A stretch of 64,000 bases of DNA, taken from positions 33,296-97,295 of the forward strand of contig JBFMAF010000032.1 in assembly GCA_040755995.1 (NCBI GenBank), read 5' to 3'. Made by a program: the position numbers and the translations under genes. Shown here piece by piece: positions 56,930 through 64,000 of the stretch (positions are counted from its first letter, which is position 1; every line of letters starts with the position of its first letter). The stretch comes from Acidobacteriota bacterium (GTDB lineage Bacteria > Acidobacteriota > CAIWXX01). Below the pieces are notes generated by a model. The model did not search any database. It was not told where the DNA came from and was given only the letters and a program-made list of their open reading frames with translations.

Positions 56930-58113
56930 GGCGCCTCCACGATGATTGCGAACGTCCATGTTGTGGCGGGTCCTCCGATCGACTGCACGAGTCCTCGCCG
57001 GGCGCCGTCGACCTGACGCTTTCCTGCGCGCCACATGACCTGCAACGCCGCCTCGCCGACCTGCATGACGCCGGTCGCGCCGACTGCGTGGCCGCACCCG
57101 ATAAGCCCGCCGCTGGCGTTGCACGGCAAGCGGCCCTTCATCGTCGTGACCCCATCCTCGATGAGCCTGCCGCCCTCTCCCGGATCGCAGAATCCGAAAG
57201 CCTCATACGACATGATCTCTGCGGCGGTGAAGGCGTCGTGCAGCTCGGCGAAGTCGAGATCGCGCGGCCCGATGCCGGCCATTCTGTACGCTCGTTCACC
57301 GGCGATCCGGCTCGATGTCAACTCGCTCAGGTCGGGCCGTATGCCCGGCTGGGGATCGTCGGTAGCGCCGCCGATGCCTGTCACGAGCGCGTAGGGTCTG
57401 CCATTCCGCTTCGCGAAGTCCTCGCTTGCCAGCAGCAGGCAGCTCGCGCCCTCGCTGTACAGGCAGTTGTCGTAGAACCGAAAGGGGTCGCAGATGGGGC
57501 GCGAGGCGAGGACATCCTCGACGGTGAGCAGCTTGGGCGACTGCGCCAGCGGGTTGTTCTGGGCGTTCGCATGGTTCTTGACACTCACGAGCGCCATCTG
57601 CGGCGGGGTGGGCGTGCCCCAGCGGGCGATGTGCGCCATGGTCGGAAGCGCGTAGCTCGTAGCGGGCGTCAGCCCGAGCGGCGTCTCGAAGTTCATGTCC
57701 CCCGAGTAGGCGATCGTCTTGAGCACCTCCGGCGTCGGGTTCTGGGACTTGTAGTCGAAGCAGTCGGTGCACTTCTCAACGCCGAGCACCATGACTACGT
57801 CGTGCAGACCGCTCGCGACCTCGCACCAGCCCGCGCGTACGGCCGCGCCTCCGGTGGCTCCACCTGTGGCCACGCGGGTAGACGGCTTGAGAGCCAGCCC
57901 GAGCGCCCCGTGCACGTAGATGTCAGGCATGAATTGGCGTTCGAACATCTCGTTGTAGATCCCGTAGACGGCGCTCTGAACGTCTCCGATGCCGATGCCG
58001 GCATCGACGAGCGCTGCTTCCGCCGCGTCCCACGCAAGATCGATGTAGGTCTTCTCGATCCAGCGGGCGCGAAACTGCGTGTTGCCGACTCCGATGATTG
58101 CGACTCGTCTCAC
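56926..58113 (-). CDS. SCP-x-type thiolase-superfamily protein
   Basis: VAIIGVG, GVEK, VKNHANA..NP.A, ELHDAFT, NASGGLIGCGHAVGATG. Confidence 0.9.
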   Translation of the reverse strand: MRRVAIIGVGNTQFRARWIEKTYIDLAWDAAEAALVDAGIGIGDVQSAVYGIYNEMFERQFMPDIYVHGALGLALKPSTRVATGGATGGAAVRAGWCEVASGLHDVVMVLGVEKCTDCFDYKSQNPTPEVLKTIAYSGDMNFETPLGLTPATSYALPTMAHIARWGTPTPPQMALVSVKNHANAQNNPLAQSPKLLTVEDVLASRPICDPFRFYDNCLYSEGASCLLLASEDFAKRNGRPYALVTGIGGATDDPQPGIRPDLSELTSSRIAGERAYRMAGIGPRDLDFAELHDAFTAAEIMSYEAFGFCDPGEGGRLIEDGVTTMKGRLPCNASGGLIGCGHAVGATGVMQVGEAALQVMWRAGKRQVDGARRGLVQSIGGPATTWTFAIIVEAP

Positions 58114-58119
58114 CTATGA

Positions 58120-59469
58120 TCACTCCAGCAAGTGTTTCTGAATCTTGCCCGTGGCGGTCTTGGGCAGCGCTTCGCGGAAGCACACCGCCTTCGGGCACTT
58201 GAACCCCGCCAAACGTTGGCCGCAGAAATCGATCAGCTCGGCCTCCGTCACCTCACCCCTCCGGACCACGTAAGCGACGACTTCCTCGCCCCATTTCGCA
58301 TCCGCTATCCCGGCCACCGCGGCCTCCGCCACGGCCGGGTGTTGATACAAGACCTCTTCGACCTCCTTCGGGTAGATCTTCTGTCCGCCACGTATGATCA
58401 TCTCCTTCTTGCGCCCGACGAGGTAGAAGTAGCCGTCCTCGTCGACGCGCGCGAGGTCGCCCGTGCAGAGCCACCCGTCCCTGATCGCCTCTGCGGTGGC
58501 TGTGGGGTTCTTGAAATAGCCGCTCATCACGTTGGGACCGCGGATGAGGATCTCGCCGTCGACGAGCTTCATCTCCTGCCCATCGAGAGCGACACCGATC
58601 GAACCGATCTTGCGCCGGGCGAGCGGGTTGACTGAGCTCGCGCAGGTACCCTCGGTCAGTCCGTAGCCTTCCACGATCGTCGCTGCATACTTGCGCTCGA
58701 ACTCACGGAATACTTCCACCGGCATCGGCGCGGCCCCGCAGATGCAGAAACGCAGTCGCGAGAGGTCGTATTCTTGGGCGCCGGGCGTATTGTTGAGGAC
58801 CGTGTAGACGGTCGGCACGCCGCTGAATGCGGAACAGCCGGTTCTCGCGAGCGTCTCGAGCATCTCGATCGGAGAGAACTTGCCCATCAACACCATGCTG
58901 CCGCCTGCGACCATCGGCGCCAGGGTCGTGACGACCTGGGCGTTCACGTGAAAGAGCGGCAGGATGCAGAGGAACCGATCGGCCTCCGTCATCCTCGTGG
59001 CCTTCGCAATCGCCTCCGCGTCCCACAGGTAGTTCGCATGACTGAGCATGGCACCTTTCGGCTTGCCGGTTGTCCCACTCGTGTAGACTATCGCCGCCAG
59101 CCCATCCGGCCGGAGCTCCGGCAGCTGCGGCAGCGGCGGCGCCTCGGGCGCGTCCGTCAACATCAGTCGCGCGCCGGAGTCGCGCCGGATATAGTCGACC
59201 TCGGGCGGCCGCAGAGCTGGATTGACTGGAACGAGCGCAGCGCCCGCCTTGAGTATCCCCCACCACGCCAGGAGAAACTCAGGGCGGTTGCCCATGCAGA
59301 CTGCCACCGCGTCACCGGCGCCGATGCCTTGCGCTATCAGAGCTGATGCCACTCGATCGCTGCGCTCATCGAGCTCGCGGTACGTAGTCTCCAGACCTTC
59401 AAAGACCAGGAACGTGCGATCCGGCGTCTCCGCAGCGCGCGAACGCAGCAGCTCGGGGATCGTCGTCAT
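58120..59469 (-). CDS. Acyl-CoA synthetase (AMP-forming)
   Basis: YTSGTTGKPKG, EGYGLTE, TGD, GRKKEMI, LPKTATGKIQK. Confidence 0.92.
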   Translation of the reverse strand: MTTIPELLRSRAAETPDRTFLVFEGLETTYRELDERSDRVASALIAQGIGAGDAVAVCMGNRPEFLLAWWGILKAGAALVPVNPALRPPEVDYIRRDSGARLMLTDAPEAPPLPQLPELRPDGLAAIVYTSGTTGKPKGAMLSHANYLWDAEAIAKATRMTEADRFLCILPLFHVNAQVVTTLAPMVAGGSMVLMGKFSPIEMLETLARTGCSAFSGVPTVYTVLNNTPGAQEYDLSRLRFCICGAAPMPVEVFREFERKYAATIVEGYGLTEGTCASSVNPLARRKIGSIGVALDGQEMKLVDGEILIRGPNVMSGYFKNPTATAEAIRDGWLCTGDLARVDEDGYFYLVGRKKEMIIRGGQKIYPKEVEEVLYQHPAVAEAAVAGIADAKWGEEVVAYVVRRGEVTEAELIDFCGQRLAGFKCPKAVCFREALPKTATGKIQKHLLE

Positions 59470-60593
59470 TGCAGGAGCTCCCTCGCGATGATCAGCTTCA
59501 TGACCTGGCTCGTTCCGGCGCCGATTTCAACGAGCTTCGCGTCGCGCAGGTAGCGCTCGACCGGGAACTCGCGCATGTAGCCGTAGCCTCCGTGCACCTG
59601 GATCGCGTTCGTAGCGGCGCGCATCGCAACCCCGCCGGCGAAGAGCTTCGCGGCGGCAGCCGCGGCGTTGGTCAGGCGGCCCCGATCCAGATCGCCGGCC
59701 GCCTGGTAGACGGCCAGCCGCGCCGCCTGGATCTCGGCATACATGTCGGCGAGCATCTCCTGCACGAGCTGGAAGTCTCCGATCGGGCGGCCGAACTGCC
59801 GCCGCTCCTTGGCGTAACGCACGGAGTGCTCGAGCGCCGCCCGAGCCAGCCCAAGGGGAAGGCCGGCGAAGACTGCGCGTTCGTAATTGAGCCCCTCCAT
59901 GATCTGCCGCACCCCGTCCCCTTCCTTCCCGAGGCGGTTCTCTTCGGGGACGCGCACGCCGTCGAGCACGATCTCGCTAGTCGGTGATGCCCGGCAACCC
60001 ATCTTCTTCAGTGGCGGCTGCGGAGAGAACCCGGCCATCCCGCGCTCTACTACGAATGTAGTAATGTCGGAACCCTTGGTTCTGGCGAAGACCACGACGA
60101 TGTCCGCAATCCATGCATTCGTGATGAACATCTTGCGGCCTGTCAGAACATACACGCTTCCGTCGCGCTCGGCGCGTGTGGTCAGCGACAGCGCGTCGGA
60201 TCCCGCTCCCGGTTCCGTCAGCGCCCAGGCGCCGATCTTCTCGCCGGAAGCCATCGCAGGCAGGAAACGGTGCCGCTGCTCCTCGCCGGCGTTCCGGTAG
60301 ATGAACTGCGCCGACAGAATCGAGTGGGCGCCGAAGGAGAGAGCCGTGGAGGCGCATGCTCGCGCAAGCTCCTCCAACACGATCGCGCAGGAGAGCATAT
60401 CGAGGCCGGCGCCGCCGTACTCGTCAGGGAGCCCCATTCCCATGAATCCGAGCTTCGCCAGCCCGGCGAGGTTCTCGGGCGGCAGCCGTTCCTCTTCGTC
60501 CGCCTTCGCGGCCCGCGGCGCGATCTCGCGCTCGGCAAAGGCTCTCACCGTGTCCCGCAGCATCGCTCGATCGCCGTCAAGCTCGATATTCAT
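59466..60593 (-). CDS. Acyl-CoA dehydrogenase (isovaleryl-CoA dehydrogenase-like)
   Basis: ALTEPGAGSD, GRKMFITN, KMG, RRQFGRPI, QVHGGYGY, EIGAGTS. Confidence 0.93.
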   Translation of the reverse strand: MNIELDGDRAMLRDTVRAFAEREIAPRAAKADEEERLPPENLAGLAKLGFMGMGLPDEYGGAGLDMLSCAIVLEELARACASTALSFGAHSILSAQFIYRNAGEEQRHRFLPAMASGEKIGAWALTEPGAGSDALSLTTRAERDGSVYVLTGRKMFITNAWIADIVVVFARTKGSDITTFVVERGMAGFSPQPPLKKMGCRASPTSEIVLDGVRVPEENRLGKEGDGVRQIMEGLNYERAVFAGLPLGLARAALEHSVRYAKERRQFGRPIGDFQLVQEMLADMYAEIQAARLAVYQAAGDLDRGRLTNAAAAAAKLFAGGVAMRAATNAIQVHGGYGYMREFPVERYLRDAKLVEIGAGTSQVMKLIIARELLQ

Positions 60594-60775
60594 ACTCTCC
60601 TCCGTGGCGGGATCAGGGAAAACGCCGCCGCCTGGCAATGCGCGCATTCTAGTGCCCCAAGAAGACGCGGTCAACGAGGTCGAAAAGGTGGCGAGGGCGT
60701 GAGCCGCTGGGAGATCACCGGGCCCGCCCCGCGAGGGCGGCAGGGACGGGTGGGCTGACGCGCCTCCACCTCGGC

Positions 60776-62509
60776 TCACCCCTTCAGGTCGATGGCGTCC
60801 ATCGCGGGCTCGGGCTCCTCCTCGAACACCATATGAGAGGCGTGCTGCGATCGGTCGCTCCATCGGCGAACTGCGGCGCTCAACGAGACGAGCGCGAGGA
60901 CCACCAGCGCCGTCGCCGTAGTCGAATGGGCGAGAGCCTTCTCTTCGATTTCGGCCATCCAGTATCCATAAGATGCGAACGCCAGCCAATATAGCGGCCA
61001 GCGCGATGTGATCCGGGCCTTCCCGGGCAGGTAGGCACAGGTGAACGGGATCTTCCGGAAGTTGCAGAGCAGCAATTCGATCAGCAGGCTTGACGCGGCC
61101 AGGCCGAAGAGAAGATGCAGCGAGGCGACCTGGGCGCCCCAGAGTATGACGTAGAGGGGCGAGAGGAGGACGCAGAGGAGACCGAACGAGTATACGTGCA
61201 GCGACTTTCTGACAGCAGAGATATACCGGCCGCGCTCACCCGTTTCGGTGAGACGGAAGACCCAGTTGGCACGAACCTCCGCCGGCAGCGCGAAGATGAG
61301 ACGCAACCCTGAGAGCAGAAAGAACGAGAGCAACAGCTGCACGGAGAGCAACGGCGCAGTCGGTCGATTCAGACGGAGCTCGCGGTGTGAGAGTGTTGCG
61401 AGCACGCCGTCGAGCGCCAGGGCGAAGCCGACGCCGACGTACCCGACCAGCACCAGGCGATGCGTCGGACTTCGCAGCGTCGTGGCGGTCACGAACCGGA
61501 AGATGGCGCGATCGAGCTGCGTGCGGAGCAGGATGCGGTCGAGAAGGCGTGTGAGGCCGGTGCCGGTAGCCGGTGGCTCGGCGGCCGTCGCCTCACGGTG
61601 CTCCAGCATCCTTCTCGGCCCGCGCGCGTATGCAGCAACGTAGCCCAGCACAGCCGCTGATGTGACAAGCGCGAGCGCCGTGAGCCCGATCGCGTGCAAC
61701 TCTGCGTACTCGGGCGCCTTCTGCCCGGAGAGGTGCTGAAACATCCCGAAGAACCACATGGGTGGAAAGGCGCGCACCATCAGATCATGGCTGTCACGTG
61801 ACTGGCCGAATCGCGCGAGCGCCTTCGGGCAGAGGGTCAGAAACGAGAGGTAGAGCCAGAATGAAGCGAACTGGACGTACGGCGAGACTCGTCTGAAGTG
61901 GCGGTGACCCAGTAGATTGATGAGAACCGCCTGCACAGCCAGCAGCAGGAAGAACGCGAAGAAGCCGCCGGCGGACACGGCGGCCACGTGGGCTATTACA
62001 TAACGTGCCATCTCGCCGGGCGATGCCCCGGGCATCAGCAAAGCGGGAACCATCAGGGGGCCGATGTTCATCGTATCCAGGATGAAGACGGCGGGGAAGA
62101 AGAGCAACGCTGCGAGCTTCCCAGCGAAGATAGTGCGCGCGCGGAGCGGCAGGCAACCGAGGATGTGGAAGTCTCTGCGGTTCAGGAATAGGGCGTCCCA
62201 CTCCGCCACCGTGAGAAAGCCGACGACGCTCATGGCGTAGGAGATGAAGAACGCCTTGTCTGTCCACGTGCGCGGCTCCATCTCTGGCGGGAGGTCCATC
62301 AAGGAGACCACGTCCATGTACTTCAGCATCAACAAGAACGGCATCAGGACGCTGGGCAGAGCCAGCAGGGCTAGAAGGTGCACAACCGTCAGGCCCGAGG
62401 TGCCGTCGCGCGAAACCAGCTCGTTCTCGAAGAACCTCCGGAAGAAACCGCGGGCCAGCAGGCGGACATGGGCAGCCTCCTCGCGCCAGCCCCGCGTAAG
62501 GGCTCTCAT
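60776..62509 (-). CDS. Multi-pass membrane protein, ABC permease partner
   Basis: More than 10 TM helices; WDALF..RDF, KIPFTCAYLPGK; directly follows the ATPase. Confidence 0.8.
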   Translation of the reverse strand: MRALTRGWREEAAHVRLLARGFFRRFFENELVSRDGTSGLTVVHLLALLALPSVLMPFLLMLKYMDVVSLMDLPPEMEPRTWTDKAFFISYAMSVVGFLTVAEWDALFLNRRDFHILGCLPLRARTIFAGKLAALLFFPAVFILDTMNIGPLMVPALLMPGASPGEMARYVIAHVAAVSAGGFFAFFLLLAVQAVLINLLGHRHFRRVSPYVQFASFWLYLSFLTLCPKALARFGQSRDSHDLMVRAFPPMWFFGMFQHLSGQKAPEYAELHAIGLTALALVTSAAVLGYVAAYARGPRRMLEHREATAAEPPATGTGLTRLLDRILLRTQLDRAIFRFVTATTLRSPTHRLVLVGYVGVGFALALDGVLATLSHRELRLNRPTAPLLSVQLLLSFFLLSGLRLIFALPAEVRANWVFRLTETGERGRYISAVRKSLHVYSFGLLCVLLSPLYVILWGAQVASLHLLFGLAASSLLIELLLCNFRKIPFTCAYLPGKARITSRWPLYWLAFASYGYWMAEIEEKALAHSTTATALVVLALVSLSAAVRRWSDRSQHASHMVFEEEPEPAMDAIDLKG

Positions 62510-62513
62510 AGGA

Positions 62514-63290
62514 TCATCGGTCGAATGGCCCGCGGATCAGCTCGACAATCTCGCCGGCGGTCCGCTCGGTGTTCTGCTGCACGACTAGCTGGGCGAACAC
62601 GTCTTCGAGCGACGGGAGCCGGCTGAGCTCCCTGAGTCGCTCCACCGAATCGTCCGCGACGATTCTGCCCCTGTTGAGGATGATCACGCGCGTGCAGAGC
62701 CTCTCGACAACATCCAGGACGTGCGAGCTGAACAGGATCGCCTTCCCCGCGCGTGCGAGGGCCTTTACGAGATCGCGCAGGACAAGCGCGGATTCGACGT
62801 CGAGCCCGGAGAAAGGTTCGTCCAGTATCAGCAGGTCGGGGTCGTGGAGGAGGGCCGCAGCGATGAGGACTTTCTGTCTCATCCCCTTCGAATACGAGGA
62901 TATGGCGGCGTGCCGTTGCTCGTGCAGACCGAGCAGATGCAGCAGCCTGTCGGTCACTTCGGCCAGATGCGGCCCAGGGATGGCTCGAAGTCGCCCCACG
63001 AGCTCCAGATACTCGATCCCGCTCAGATACCCATACAGCGCAGGCTCCTCCGGGACGTACCCGAAATGCCGTCGATAGCCGACGAGGTCCTCTTCGATGT
63101 TCCGCCCTCGGAACAAGATCCTCCCCTTCGTTGGTTCAAGCAGCCCGGTCACCATGTTCACCGTGGTCGTCTTGCCCGACCCATTCGGCCCGAGATATCC
63201 GACGATCTCGTGCGAGCCCAGTGTGAAACTGATCCGGTCGACCGCTGTGACAGATGGATAACGCTTGGTCAGATCTACGACATCGAGCAT
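62514..63290 (-). CDS. ABC transporter ATP-binding protein
   Basis: GPNGSGKTT, YSKGMRQK, LILDEP, SSH. Confidence 0.95.
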   Translation of the reverse strand: MLDVVDLTKRYPSVTAVDRISFTLGSHEIVGYLGPNGSGKTTTVNMVTGLLEPTKGRILFRGRNIEEDLVGYRRHFGYVPEEPALYGYLSGIEYLELVGRLRAIPGPHLAEVTDRLLHLLGLHEQRHAAISSYSKGMRQKVLIAAALLHDPDLLILDEPFSGLDVESALVLRDLVKALARAGKAILFSSHVLDVVERLCTRVIILNRGRIVADDSVERLRELSRLPSLEDVFAQLVVQQNTERTAGEIVELIRGPFDR

Positions 63291-63663
63291 CAGAGTCCCC
63301 CCAAAGAGGCCTGCCGTTTCAACCGCGAGAATCGAGTACAGAATCCGCGAGGCAGTCTACTGCAACGGCTGGGCCGCCTCAATACAGCGCGCCGCCGCGT
63401 ACTGGACTCGGCCGGGCAGACGAGCAAGCGGTTCGCGCACTCCAGAATGGTTCGACCAATCGAACGTCAACTACTGGTCTGGTCGACCTGAAATCGAGTG
63501 GCTGTCTCTTGGAGCCGCCTCAACACTGCCTTTCGCGACGGCTGAGCGTGCGGCCTCGGGCTTGGCACAGGCGCGGAGCTCTGGCATCATAGGCGGGTGA
63601 TGTCTGAGGGGGAGCCGGTGCGCCCGCACAGAAAGGCTTCTCGTTGAAGCGAGAGGAGGTCAG

Positions 63664-64000
63664 ATGCTGAGTCGGCGAGTACGAAGCCAGATGTCGTGCG
63701 CGGCGTCGATGCAATGGGCGGTGGTGTTCGCGGGATGTCTGGCGCTGTGCCTGCAGGGCTGTGTCGGCGGGCCGCCGGCAGAACGCGGCCCGCTCCGCCA
63801 GCCGGATCTGGTGGAGCTCATCCGCGTCGACCCCACGATCAAGCTCGACATCCGCTACGCTACAGCGAACAACTTCCTCGGGCGCCCCGTCTATCCCGAG
63901 GCGCGGGCGTTTCTCCAGCGGCCGGCTGCGGAGGCGGGGGGGCGCGGCCCCGCGGCGCAGGGGCCGGCGGGCGCCGGGCGGAGAGGGTACGGCGGCGAAA
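63664..64000 (+). CDS. D-alanyl-D-alanine dipeptidase (M15D, DdpX/VanX-like), 5' part only
   Basis: GAGGAGG RBS; DLVELIRVDPTIKLDIRYATANNFLGRPVYPEARAFLQRPAAEA. Confidence 0.85.
   Translation, partial: MLSRRVRSQMSCAASMQWAVVFAGCLALCLQGCVGGPPAERGPLRQPDLVELIRVDPTIKLDIRYATANNFLGRPVYPEARAFLQRPAAEAGGRGPAAQGPAGAGRRGYGGE

Noticed and set aside
63935..64000. G-rich tail as G-quadruplex or novel domain
   Set aside because: Dipeptidase similarity breaks abruptly into nearly T-free G-rich sequence, typical of low-quality contig-end sequence
1..64000. Prophage, integrase, transposase, rRNA or CRISPR-Cas genes
   Set aside because: No supporting motifs seen in any frame

Overview
GC-rich bacterial window, most likely Acidobacteriota or a relative (inferred from tandem 'VWFA-related' proteins, a DUF3857-transglutaminase-TPR protein and the ABC permease type). 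The most notable locus is a complete sigma54-controlled RNA repair and quality-control operon: rtcR divergent from rsr/Ro60 - two unannotated Y RNAs - rtcA - rtcB. One Y RNA is a full circularly permuted tRNA mimic (YrlA type). The other is a shortened paralogue that lacks the D arm. Each is preceded by a heptamer repeat array, and an out-of-frame SEC-C zinc motif overlaps the end of rtcB. Other highlights: a 1473-aa secreted cytochrome c with 60 CxxCH motifs and recent 225-bp tandem expansions behind a CRP/FNR-type promoter; a Pho-box porin-pstS-ppx operon; a DUF1778/GNAT toxin-antitoxin pair whose toxin appears to start at CTG; a thrice-repeated BlaI-like palindrome; a candidate attenuator; a PRMT-like methyltransferase; a Cys-less thiolase/DUF35 operon; and several gene remnants. 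All calls come from reading motifs by eye; no database searches were run.
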